From the IMG/VR virus record IMGVR_UViG_3300025617_000007, positions 74,594 through 138,593 of that record: a stretch of 64,000 bases of DNA; one strand, 5' to 3'. Below are positions 49,189 through 57,944 of the stretch, one piece after another; the first letter of the stretch is position 1, and each line of letters begins with the position of its first letter. The translations under genes were made by a program, and so were the position numbers. The notes under the pieces are model-generated. The model was not told the origin of the DNA and made no database searches. It worked only from the letters and a program-made list of their open reading frames with translations. The stretch is from a virus.

Positions 49189-50275
49189 CTCTAAATGTTA
49201 TGTTTAAATTATTGAACTTAAGGAAATCCGGCATTTCAGTACCTGCCTTAGGTGCCGGTTTATGTTTTGGTTTGTAAGGACTTTTTCTGTCAGGTTTAGA
49301 AGGTGTTTTTGTTGGAGTTTTAACAGGGGCTTCTTTGGTTCCTTGTTCCAATAAATCTTTTTTAGTCATTGTCGGTTTCTTATAATTTCTCAACAAAGAT
49401 ACTAAACTTTCTTCAATTTTACTAACTTTCCTCTGAAAAGATTCGTTCTGTTTTTTTACATCTCTTACACAACGCTCGAATTTTTCATTTTCTTTCTTAG
49501 TGTAATCATCTTTTTCTTTACCTTCAAGACCTAATGATGACGTACATACCGCCCATGGGTTATATTTTTCTTTTTTCTTATCCTCAAACATACCTAACGT
49601 AGTGATTGGTGTTTTCATCTTAACACTTTTCTTTTTAGTTTCAGAAATACCCATACCGTCATTGGCTTTCATATTGTCAGAAGGACCGTCTTCATTACCT
49701 TCAGGGTTTGGGTCCTCATTAGGGTCAATACCTGCAATTTTATTCAAATCATTAGTCATTTGATTCTCATCTAATTCGATATCAACATCATATGGGTCAA
49801 CCTCTTTAACTGGTTCGAACATCCTAACCATAGCGTAGAATGTTTCGGGAAAATATCGTCTAAGATATCTTCTTTTAGCATCATCAATAAGACCTTCTCT
49901 ATCTGTTTCATACTCTTCCCAATCATCCCAATAAAAATCTACGGCGTCTTCAGCTGCGGATTCTAACTCAGAAGAAAATGGACTTGGCATACTTTGAGGT
50001 TCACCTAAATCCCTGTGAATAGAATCATTCATAATACTTTGGTCCGAAGAACCCCATTCATTTAATTCTTCCTCACCTAATTCTTGTGATATTTTTTGAA
50101 CTAAGTCATTTGCCTGATTTAAATCATTTTTAATTTTTTCAGTCTTATCCGTAGTACTTTGTTCATTAACAATTTTTTTATGTAAAACATTGATTTGTTT
50201 TTCATTAAGGTTTTTAAGAGTTTTAATCGTAAAACCTTCTTTCATTAATTCCATTAATTTATTCTTGGTGCTCAT
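49181..50275 (-). CDS. Hypothetical head-associated multi-module protein
   Basis: Many xxE sites; NPWAVCTSS...ERCV module; PxK-rich tail. Confidence 0.65.
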   Translation of the reverse strand: MSTKNKLMELMKEGFTIKTLKNLNEKQINVLHKKIVNEQSTTDKTEKIKNDLNQANDLVQKISQELGEEELNEWGSSDQSIMNDSIHRDLGEPQSMPSPFSSELESAAEDAVDFYWDDWEEYETDREGLIDDAKRRYLRRYFPETFYAMVRMFEPVKEVDPYDVDIELDENQMTNDLNKIAGIDPNEDPNPEGNEDGPSDNMKANDGMGISETKKKSVKMKTPITTLGMFEDKKKEKYNPWAVCTSSLGLEGKEKDDYTKKENEKFERCVRDVKKQNESFQRKVSKIEESLVSLLRNYKKPTMTKKDLLEQGTKEAPVKTPTKTPSKPDRKSPYKPKHKPAPKAGTEMPDFLKFNNLNITFRDE

Positions 50276-50675
50276 CTTCTATAAAACTTTTTTCGTAATC
50301 TAATACAATATCTCTTTCGTAAATTTTATCTTCAACAGATTTTACACTGTCTCCGTAATGGAAAACTAATCTAGTGAGCTTTTCATTAACAATCGCTTCA
50401 CTATCTTCGTCTTCCCATGCTAAGGCAATAACCCCGTCAATTGAGTCATATACCCCAAAAAAATCAGAATTTTGAATTAAATGTAACTCAATACCTGAAT
50501 TTCTAAGGACTCCAACTTTCTTTATAAACTGAATATGGGGTGGTGAAGGGTTCCCATTAGCTGGTTGCGAGTCCCATTCATCACCCCATACATCGTTATC
50601 ATCTGAAAAGATGAATTCATATATGTTATCACCCTTAAAATTGGGTCCTAGTTCATTTACATAAACTAATTTCAT
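50259..50675 (-). CDS. Hypothetical protein
   Basis: 138-aa coupled ORF. Confidence 0.65.
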   Translation of the reverse strand: MKLVYVNELGPNFKGDNIYEFIFSDDNDVWGDEWDSQPANGNPSPPHIQFIKKVGVLRNSGIELHLIQNSDFFGVYDSIDGVIALAWEDEDSEAIVNEKLTRLVFHYGDSVKSVEDKIYERDIVLDYEKSFIEDEHQE

Positions 50676-51904
50676 AGTAACTCACCTTTTGGAGATACTT
50701 TATATTGTTTACCGTCAGCTTCAAAAACTAAATTACTCTTATTTGTTTTTCCTAAAAATTTGATATTATCGTTTTCTTTAACTAAAAACTCAGAAGTTAA
50801 TTCTTGTTCGATAGTTTCTGACAATCTTTTTATTTCTTTTTTAACTGTAATGTTTTGTACTTTTTCAGTTAAAAATTTTTTAATTTTTTTTCCTTCATTA
50901 ATTTGTTTTTCATCTTCAGAAATAACAAAGTATTTTTCCAAAACTTTATCTATTTTAGATTCTTTGAATAACTCATCAACCATATATTTCATAGAATCCC
51001 CTTCTGCCATTTCACCTTCAGGTTCAGCCATTTCTTCATCTTCGAAATCTAAGTCTAAATCTAAGTCTAAATCTTCTTCACCTGCATCTACATCTATATC
51101 AACGTCACCGTCCATACCGTAATCGATTTCATCTTCCTCAAAATTATCTAAAATATCTTCTTTATCTTCTTCAGATAGTTTTTCTAATTCAACGGCAGAA
51201 ATTATTGAATTTAAAACATACTTAATATCTTCAGAAGAAAGTCCTTGATTTTTATCAAACATTCTAAGTTTTTGACCTAACTTACCTGTTAATTTTTGAA
51301 TAGCCTTAAACGAGCCTTCTTCTTCGTCTTCTTCACCATCCATAGGTTCTTCATCACCCATACCCATTTCTTCACCATCCATAGGTTCTTCATCACCCAT
51401 ATCTAAATCCAAATCTAAGTCTAACTCTTCACCACCCTCATCAGATGGTTCTTCAACACTCATATCTAAATCTAATTCAGGTTCCATAGCCGGTACCTCA
51501 ACTTCAGGTTCTACCTCAGGTTTAGGTGTTTTTAATACAAATTTCTTTTGTTCACCAATTAAGTTAATGCCTTCTTCATTTTCATGAATTCTATTTAACT
51601 CACCCGCAAGTAAATTAATTTTCTTCATTGCTTGAGAATAAGATTTATGGTATTTTCTATTCTTCATAGGTTCAATGTAATCAAACTCTGATTCATTAAT
51701 TCCTTTCTTAACAATATAACCTAATTTTTCTTTTACAATTCCATAGTAGTTACCGTCCGCCAGTTGAATTGAATAATCAGCTGAGGAAGTTTTACTTTCA
51801 TTTACGGTAGATGGTTTTGAACCATAATTAGCTATTTCAAGAATTCTACTAATTTTTTCTTGACCTTCTAATTTTTCACTACCTAGAGGATTTAAATCTG
51901 CCAT
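50672..51904 (-). CDS. Acidic hypothetical (core-like) protein
   Basis: 410 aa; internal 39-bp duplication at 51329-51401 (MGDEEPMDGEE x2). Confidence 0.65.
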   Translation of the reverse strand: MADLNPLGSEKLEGQEKISRILEIANYGSKPSTVNESKTSSADYSIQLADGNYYGIVKEKLGYIVKKGINESEFDYIEPMKNRKYHKSYSQAMKKINLLAGELNRIHENEEGINLIGEQKKFVLKTPKPEVEPEVEVPAMEPELDLDMSVEEPSDEGGEELDLDLDLDMGDEEPMDGEEMGMGDEEPMDGEEDEEEGSFKAIQKLTGKLGQKLRMFDKNQGLSSEDIKYVLNSIISAVELEKLSEEDKEDILDNFEEDEIDYGMDGDVDIDVDAGEEDLDLDLDLDFEDEEMAEPEGEMAEGDSMKYMVDELFKESKIDKVLEKYFVISEDEKQINEGKKIKKFLTEKVQNITVKKEIKRLSETIEQELTSEFLVKENDNIKFLGKTNKSNLVFEADGKQYKVSPKGELL

Positions 51905-51928
51905 TTCTATATTTTTTAATTTAATTTT

Positions 51929-52075
51929 TTAGTTGTATACACCATTACCACCAAGTTTAACAGTTCCACATTGAATGGATTCGGCACCATCTGCTTCACT
52001 ATAAATTGCGTGTGGAGTTTCCGTTCCACCCGTATAAATTATATATTCATTATCTGTACATGCTGTAATTGCCAT
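51929..52075 (-). CDS. 48-aa small protein absent from the ORF track
   Basis: MAITACTDNEYIIYTGGTETPHAIYSEADGAESIQCGTVKLGGNGVYN*; TATTTATT motif 13 nt upstream. Confidence 0.6.
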   Translation of the reverse strand: MAITACTDNEYIIYTGGTETPHAIYSEADGAESIQCGTVKLGGNGVYN

Positions 52076-52152
52076 AATAGTTTTTTATAATAAATATATC
52101 ATAAGTTAAGAATTTCCATTTTTTCTTATCTTACGTGATAATTATACTTTAT

Positions 52153-52899
52153 TTATTGGGACAATGATAGTCGGTCATCCATTACTTTATTTTGAAAATC
52201 AAATAACTTTTGAATGTATCCATTTCTCCTTAAGAATTTAAAAACTAAATTTTCGTATGAGTATTCACCATCACCCTCTAATCCTGATTGCCTATACTTT
52301 TTTAACCTATCTTTAAGTTTGTCTATTTTTTCGTTTGATTTTTCCAAATCTTCATCACCGTTCTCAATATCTTCAATAACCGCATCAATCATATCTTCCC
52401 ACTGACCAACCTTTTCTTTAATGATTTCATTATTAATTTCGACCTCCTCTTTAGATGGTTCAATTATCCATTCATCATATAAGACAGAATATACTCCTGT
52501 GGATATGTGGGGTTCATTTGTGTCCTGGACATATAATTCAACTTCATAACCTTTAACTGTTATATCGTGAGTTGAGTTAAATAAAGTTTTTTTCAATTTA
52601 AATAAATCTTGAAATAATTCTTTTTCAGGTCCAGATTCATTAAAGTCATACATCACATGTAAATCGATATCTGAAAACTCAGACCAATTATAATTTGATA
52701 GTGAACCTGTCATAGTAATATCTTGTATGAAAATTTCATACCCTAAAAATTCAATGAATTTTTCAGATATTTCAATAAGTCTTAGACGTATTTCTTCTTT
52801 CATTTTGGCATCAGAAGACGAGTCAGGGTTTTCCCATATTGTAGGGTTTAACTCGTCTTTAACGTTAAAGCTTGAAAGTATCTTACCAAAGTTCTCCAT
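52153..52899 (-). CDS. Pol-beta-superfamily nucleotidyltransferase
   Basis: TGSLSNYNWSEFSDIDLHV...GYEVELYVQD. Confidence 0.8.
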   Translation of the reverse strand: MENFGKILSSFNVKDELNPTIWENPDSSSDAKMKEEIRLRLIEISEKFIEFLGYEIFIQDITMTGSLSNYNWSEFSDIDLHVMYDFNESGPEKELFQDLFKLKKTLFNSTHDITVKGYEVELYVQDTNEPHISTGVYSVLYDEWIIEPSKEEVEINNEIIKEKVGQWEDMIDAVIEDIENGDEDLEKSNEKIDKLKDRLKKYRQSGLEGDGEYSYENLVFKFLRRNGYIQKLFDFQNKVMDDRLSLSQ

Positions 52900-52921
52900 G
52901 TATTATAAATAGTGTAAAGAA

Positions 52922-53170
52922 TTACTTTGTGATTTTTTTGTATTTGTATTTCTTGGATATCTCAATATTAAAGAATTTTCCTTGAGATTCTGCCATTCTA
53001 AATTTAGTATAAACATTATGTGGTACTTTTTCGTACTCATACTCTATACCGTTTTTAAAGGTGGCGGTTAGTTTCTCCTCACCCGTATCATAAACTGTTT
53101 TCATTAAGTTTGATGATTCAATTTCATTGATGATTAATTTACCATCGATTTTTTCACTCTTAATAGCCAT
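52922..53170 (-). CDS. KTSC-domain protein
   Basis: ESSNL...YD...L.ATFKNG..YEY..VP..VY..F..AESQGKFFN..I. Confidence 0.85.
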   Translation of the reverse strand: MAIKSEKIDGKLIINEIESSNLMKTVYDTGEEKLTATFKNGIEYEYEKVPHNVYTKFRMAESQGKFFNIEISKKYKYKKITK

Positions 53171-53209
53171 AACATATTTTTTAGATAAGTATAAGAATTA
53201 TTGTAAAAT

Positions 53210-53236
53210 AAAAAACCCCTCTTTGTGGGGGGTTTT
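53210..53236 (-). terminator. Terminator, copy 1 of a repeated hairpin
   Basis: AAAACCCCTC-TTTGT-GGGGGGTTTT. Confidence 0.75.
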
Positions 53237-53256
53237 GTTTAAAATATTATATTATG

Positions 53257-54075
53257 TTAAGATTGAGGTATTATAACCCATGGACCTTTGTATGGGGTAG
53301 TTACTTTAATCATAACCTTACCTCCTTCACATTTCCAATTACCCTTAACTTCTATTGATTCTGTTGATTCTAAAATTGCAAATCTATTATTGTCAAAGAA
53401 TATATAATCAATACCCTGTATTAATTTAGGTACTCCTCCCTTTACTTTAGAGTTTACCTTTGAGTCGTCAAATTGGTCTAAACATTTTTTCATCTCACCG
53501 ATATCTCCACCTGGTACGTTACCGTCTCCTGATGAACCTGAAGTTCCTGATGAACCATCTGTACCGTCCGTACCTTCTTCACTTCCTTGGTCACCTGATT
53601 GGTCTTTAGTTTTGTCGTCACAAAGTTCAGGGAACATCTTACACCAAGTAATATCTCCAACAATACCATCGTCTTTGATTTTTTGTTCTCTTTGGTACTC
53701 TTTTAATTTAGTTAATGTATCGTTACCGAAAATTCCGTCAGGATTTAACCCTAACTTACATTGGATAACATTAATAACATCAATAACACCTTTATATACA
53801 TCTTTTTCGGCCAATTTTTGACCACCTCTTCTGATTGTCCATTTCGCAGGGCCTGTGATTTTTTCAATCCAGTTCTTAACTTCAGGTTTTTCTAAAACTT
53901 CGTTAATTTTTTCACAGTCAAAAACAACTTCTTCGTTTTCGGTTTGACCTGTTTGTGAACCATCAGTAGTTTCTTCCTCTTCTTGTTCTTTTAAATATTG
54001 TTTAGTAGTGGCGGTTTTATGCATACCTAAAATTCTATTTTTTTCTGATTCGTCTATTCTAAATAATCTTTTCAT
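53257..54075 (-). CDS. Peptidoglycan-binding (PGBD-like) protein with IDE leader
   Basis: IQCKLGLNPDGIFGNDT...EYQ....IKDDGIVGDITW; leader MKRLFRIDESEKNRILGMH. Confidence 0.75.
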   Translation of the reverse strand: MKRLFRIDESEKNRILGMHKTATTKQYLKEQEEEETTDGSQTGQTENEEVVFDCEKINEVLEKPEVKNWIEKITGPAKWTIRRGGQKLAEKDVYKGVIDVINVIQCKLGLNPDGIFGNDTLTKLKEYQREQKIKDDGIVGDITWCKMFPELCDDKTKDQSGDQGSEEGTDGTDGSSGTSGSSGDGNVPGGDIGEMKKCLDQFDDSKVNSKVKGGVPKLIQGIDYIFFDNNRFAILESTESIEVKGNWKCEGGKVMIKVTTPYKGPWVIIPQS

Positions 54076-54111
54076 AATTAAATTCTTTTACATATAAATA
54101 TATTATAAAGT

Positions 54112-54139
54112 AAAAAAACCCCTCTTTGTGAGAGGGGTT
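54112..54139 (-). terminator. Terminator, copy 2 of the repeated hairpin
   Basis: AACCCCTCT-TTGTG-AGAGGGGTT; shares 18 bp with 53210-53227. Confidence 0.75.
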
Positions 54140-54144
54140 AATAA

Positions 54145-54594
54145 TTAGGATTCAAGTTTTTTAATTTGGTCTCTTAGTTTAATAGACTCTTCAAAGTCCT
54201 CATTTTCAATCGACTCTTTAAGTTTTTGTTTCAAATCGTCAATCTTTTCTTGGTTTACCTCAAGACTTTTTATCTTGTCCCTTAATTCCGCAGCCTTCTC
54301 AAACTCTTGTGAATCAACCGAAATTTTCAACTCAGACTTCAATTCTTGTAGTTTATTATTTGAATTTTGTGTTTTACTACCATTGACATTGTTTCTAATT
54401 AAAGTTGTAATTATATACGTCCCATCATCAGAAACAAAACTTTCTTTGGTCCACTCACCATCTTCATCCACACCATTCTCAACGTCACGTTTCCCTATGA
54501 CGTATAACGGTTTATTATCAAAGATTGAATTCATTTCATTAAACATAGAGTCTAAATCTCCAAAAAGGTTATTAAATTTTCTTTTTCCAAACAT
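54145..54594 (-). CDS. Tandem UVR (UvrB/UvrC motif) protein
   Basis: [14 protein letters not shown] and EDFEESIKLRDQIK; start at MFGKRKF preferred. Confidence 0.75.
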   Translation of the reverse strand: MFGKRKFNNLFGDLDSMFNEMNSIFDNKPLYVIGKRDVENGVDEDGEWTKESFVSDDGTYIITTLIRNNVNGSKTQNSNNKLQELKSELKISVDSQEFEKAAELRDKIKSLEVNQEKIDDLKQKLKESIENEDFEESIKLRDQIKKLES

Positions 54595-54651
54595 TTTTTT
54601 AGGTTTTTTAAAATTATTGTTTATCTTTGTATCGACAAATATACAAAAGTA

Positions 54652-54743
54652 TGCCAACTATCTAAAAATGTCATTTTTACAAATTTTGTTGAGTTGTTGT
54701 GACAATATGTCATTAGATAAAATAAATTTATGTCAAAATGACA
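54652..54743. promoter_or_regulatory. Cluster of TG(A/C)CA/TGTCA half-sites, candidate operator
   Basis: TGCCA 54652, TGTCA 54669, TGACA-ATA-TGTCA 54700-54712, TGTCA-AAA-TGACA 54731-54743. Confidence 0.5.
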
Positions 54744-54747
54744 AATG

Positions 54748-54778
54748 TTTGATAATTACATTATTTTTGTTATATTTG
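54748..54778 (+). promoter_or_regulatory. Bacteroidota-type promoter of clpC
   Basis: TTTG-N19-TATATTTG. Confidence 0.75.
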
Positions 54779-54803
54779 AAATGTTAAAACTAAAAAAATA
54801 ATT

Positions 54804-56822
54804 ATGATAGAATCAGTAGACCCTAATGAAAAAGGTGGACGTAAGTCTAAAGATGTAAGTAATTCTAAAACACCTGTTTTAGATAACTTTTCACGTGACT
54901 TGATTAAACATGCGGAACAGGGTAAGTTAGACCCAGTGGTTGGTCGTGAACGAGAGATTAACCGAATCGCACAAATTCTTTCTCGTAGGAAGAAAAATAA
55001 CCCTATTATTATTGGGGAACCTGGTGCAGGTAAGACAGCAATTGTTGAAGGTCTTGCTATGAAAATTTTTGAGGGTGATTGTCCTCAAAATCTATGTGAT
55101 AAAAGAATAGTATCATTAGATATGACTTCGATTGTTGCGGGGACCAAATATCGAGGACAATTCGAAGAACGACTTAAAGTGATTTTGGATGAACTATACG
55201 AAAATCCTGATATTATTGTTTTTATCGATGAGATTCACACTATTATAGGTGCTGGAAATTCTTCAGGTTCTTTAGATGCCTCTAATATCTTTAAACCCGC
55301 ATTGGCACGTGGAGAACTTCAATGTATCGGAGCAACGACTATCGATGAGTATCGTGAGAATATTGAGAAGGATGGAGCTCTTGAGCGTCGTTTTCAAAAA
55401 GTAGTTGTGGATGGTGCAACTCCTGATGAAACAATGGAAATCTTACAAAACTTAAAGTCTCGTTACGAAGAACACCACAAAGTTTCTTACTCGGATGAAT
55501 CGTTACAGGCGTGTGTATCCTTAGCGGATAGATATATTACAGATAGAGAATTCCCTGATAAGGCAATTGACATTATGGATGAGGTAGGAGCAAGAGCACA
55601 GATTAATGTTAAATTACCAGAGTCGATTGAGAAATTAAAAGAAGAAGCGTCTTTAATTAAAGATGAGAAAATACAGGTAGTTAAGTCTCAAAAATATGAA
55701 AAGGCAGCTGAGTTACGTGATAAGGAGAAGAAAATTCTTAAGAAACTTGAAGATGAGAAACTAAGGTTTGAGAAAGAGAAAAACAATAGTCGTAAACCGA
55801 TTACTGAAGATATGGTATATGACGTAGTTGCAACTATGACTAAAATACCCGTCAATAAATTAAACTCGGATGATAAGGAATCACTACTTAGTTTAGAAAA
55901 TAATCTAAACAGTAAAGTTATCGGACAGGAAGGTGCAGTTAAAAAGATTTCAAAGGCAATCCGTAGAAACCGAGTAGGTATTAAGGACCCTAACCGTCCA
56001 ATCGGTTCATTCATCTTCTTAGGTTCAACGGGTATTGGTAAAACTCACTTGGCCAAGCAATTGGCGAAAGAAATCTTCGGAGATGAAGAATCACTTATCC
56101 GTATGGATATGAGTGAATACCAAGAGAAATACACAATGTCTCGTTTGATTGGTTCTCCTCCGGGATATGTAGGTCACGACCAAGGGGGGCAACTTACCGA
56201 AGCGGTTAAAAACAAACCTTACTCAGTGGTATTGTTTGATGAGATTGAAAAGGCAAATAAAGACATCTTCTCATTGTTACTTCAGATGATGGACGATGGT
56301 CACTTAACCGATAGTTTCGGTCGTAAAATCAACTTCAAGAACTGTTTGATTATTATGACATCTAACTTAGGTGTGAAGAAACTACAGGACTTTGGAACAG
56401 GAGTTGGTTTTGACACTAATAATAGAATGTCAAACGATGAAGAGATGAAAAAGACGCTCTTACAAAAAGAGTTAAAGAATCATTTCACTCCTGAGTTTTT
56501 AAACCGTGTGGACGAAGTAGTAGTATTTAATCCACTTAAAGAAACTGAGGTTCGTAAGATTGTTGACATTGAATTGATGAAACTAACTGACCGATTAGAG
56601 AACATGAACTATAACATTACTATTTCGGATGAAGTTAAAGATTTCATATCAAAAGTAGGGTTTGATGAGAAGTATGGGGCAAGACCTATCAAGAGAGCGA
56701 TTCAAGAGAAGATTGAAGACCTAATTTCTGAGGAAGTGTTAAGAGGTACCATTAGTGAAGAACAATCATTTACGGTGGTAATGAAAGATGATGAAGAGTT
56801 AGAAATAAAAGAAGGGAATTAA
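54804..56822 (+). CDS. clpC: ClpC-type AAA+ unfoldase lacking the N-terminal Clp repeat domain
   Basis: Two AAA modules ([13 protein letters not shown]; [14 protein letters not shown]), UVR-type M-domain (YEKAAELRD), ClpP-docking VGF loop. Confidence 0.85.
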   Translation: MIESVDPNEKGGRKSKDVSNSKTPVLDNFSRDLIKHAEQGKLDPVVGREREINRIAQILSRRKKNNPIIIGEPGAGKTAIVEGLAMKIFEGDCPQNLCDKRIVSLDMTSIVAGTKYRGQFEERLKVILDELYENPDIIVFIDEIHTIIGAGNSSGSLDASNIFKPALARGELQCIGATTIDEYRENIEKDGALERRFQKVVVDGATPDETMEILQNLKSRYEEHHKVSYSDESLQACVSLADRYITDREFPDKAIDIMDEVGARAQINVKLPESIEKLKEEASLIKDEKIQVVKSQKYEKAAELRDKEKKILKKLEDEKLRFEKEKNNSRKPITEDMVYDVVATMTKIPVNKLNSDDKESLLSLENNLNSKVIGQEGAVKKISKAIRRNRVGIKDPNRPIGSFIFLGSTGIGKTHLAKQLAKEIFGDEESLIRMDMSEYQEKYTMSRLIGSPPGYVGHDQGGQLTEAVKNKPYSVVLFDEIEKANKDIFSLLLQMMDDGHLTDSFGRKINFKNCLIIMTSNLGVKKLQDFGTGVGFDTNNRMSNDEEMKKTLLQKELKNHFTPEFLNRVDEVVVFNPLKETEVRKIVDIELMKLTDRLENMNYNITISDEVKDFISKVGFDEKYGARPIKRAIQEKIEDLISEEVLRGTISEEQSFTVVMKDDEELEIKEGN

Positions 56823-56888
56823 TTTCCTTCTTTTATTAGGAAAGTCCTAATAAAACCTTTATATTTGTTGACTAATAAAATTATAAAC

Positions 56889-57944
56889 ATGGAAAAAACA
56901 CAACTTAACAGACTCAAAGACGTATTGTCCGTACCGACAAAAACATATCAGGAAGATAATATGGTTAACTATATACGAGAAGTATTAGATACTATTCCTG
57001 GTGTAAAATATTACACAGATGATATGGATAATGTATATGCCACTAAAGGGGTGTTAAGTGAAAGCGAATACTATCCAATGTTTATCGCACATACAGATAC
57101 CGTTCATCAATTAGTTGACCAAATTATAGTCAAAGAAGAGATGTTAATTAAACCGAATACTTTTGGGGTTAAATTTAATGACCAATCTTTTTTATCTTTA
57201 AAGGGTTACACCTCCGATGATAACCCAACAGGTATTGGTGGTGATGATAAATGTGGCGTGTTTTTGGCCTTAGAATTACTTCTTACATTACCTAAAGTAA
57301 AGGTAGGTTTATTTGTGTCTGAGGAAACTGGTTGTCACGGGTCTAGCAAATGTGACCCTAACTTTTTAAAAGATGTTGGTTACGCAATTCAATTTGACGC
57401 ACCAGGTAATTCTTTAATAACTGAAGTGTGTTCGGGAACAAGACTGTATGAGAAAGATGGGGAGTTCATTAACCTAATTAAACCCTTATTTGAGGAATCT
57501 ATGGAGGTCGTATCAGATGAACAATCACACCCATATACGGATGTTTCACAAATTAAAAGAAAGGGTGATTTTAGTTGTATTAACTTCTCTTGTGGGTATT
57601 ACAATATGCACACCAAAGATGAGTTTGTAGTTGTCGATGATATGGAACGAGCACTCGCTTTTGCAATAGAATCTGTATCAGTATTAGGTCTTAATAAATA
57701 CCGATACGAATACCAACAACCTACATGGAAGTCGTATGGGGATTTGTTTGATGTTAATGATTTTGACGATGACACTCTATTTGAAGATGAAATCGACATG
57801 GAAAGACTAACCGTTACTACCTCAGATGAGGGTATGACAATCGAATCAAAGTTTACTGGAGATATGGTTATGTTAGATAATGAAGAAATGTTAGAGATAT
57901 ATGAAGTTATTAGGGACCAACTAATTAGTAAATTAACTTATTAA
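56889..57944 (+). CDS. Zinc metallopeptidase, M20/M28/M42 clan
   Basis: AHTDTV, GGDDKCG, EETGCHG, QFDAPG, GYYNMHT; TATATTTG at 56860. Confidence 0.8.
   Translation: MEKTQLNRLKDVLSVPTKTYQEDNMVNYIREVLDTIPGVKYYTDDMDNVYATKGVLSESEYYPMFIAHTDTVHQLVDQIIVKEEMLIKPNTFGVKFNDQSFLSLKGYTSDDNPTGIGGDDKCGVFLALELLLTLPKVKVGLFVSEETGCHGSSKCDPNFLKDVGYAIQFDAPGNSLITEVCSGTRLYEKDGEFINLIKPLFEESMEVVSDEQSHPYTDVSQIKRKGDFSCINFSCGYYNMHTKDEFVVVDDMERALAFAIESVSVLGLNKYRYEYQQPTWKSYGDLFDVNDFDDDTLFEDEIDMERLTVTTSDEGMTIESKFTGDMVMLDNEEMLEIYEVIRDQLISKLTY

Noticed and set aside
52121-52150. TTTTCTTATC-N12/13-TATACTTT shared with 14795-14825
   Set aside because: Only two copies, and this one has no downstream plus-strand gene; may be coincidence.
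54804-56822. Calling the AAA+ protein ClpB
   Set aside because: The M-domain is short and UVR-type, and the VGF ClpP-docking loop is present, which fits ClpC.
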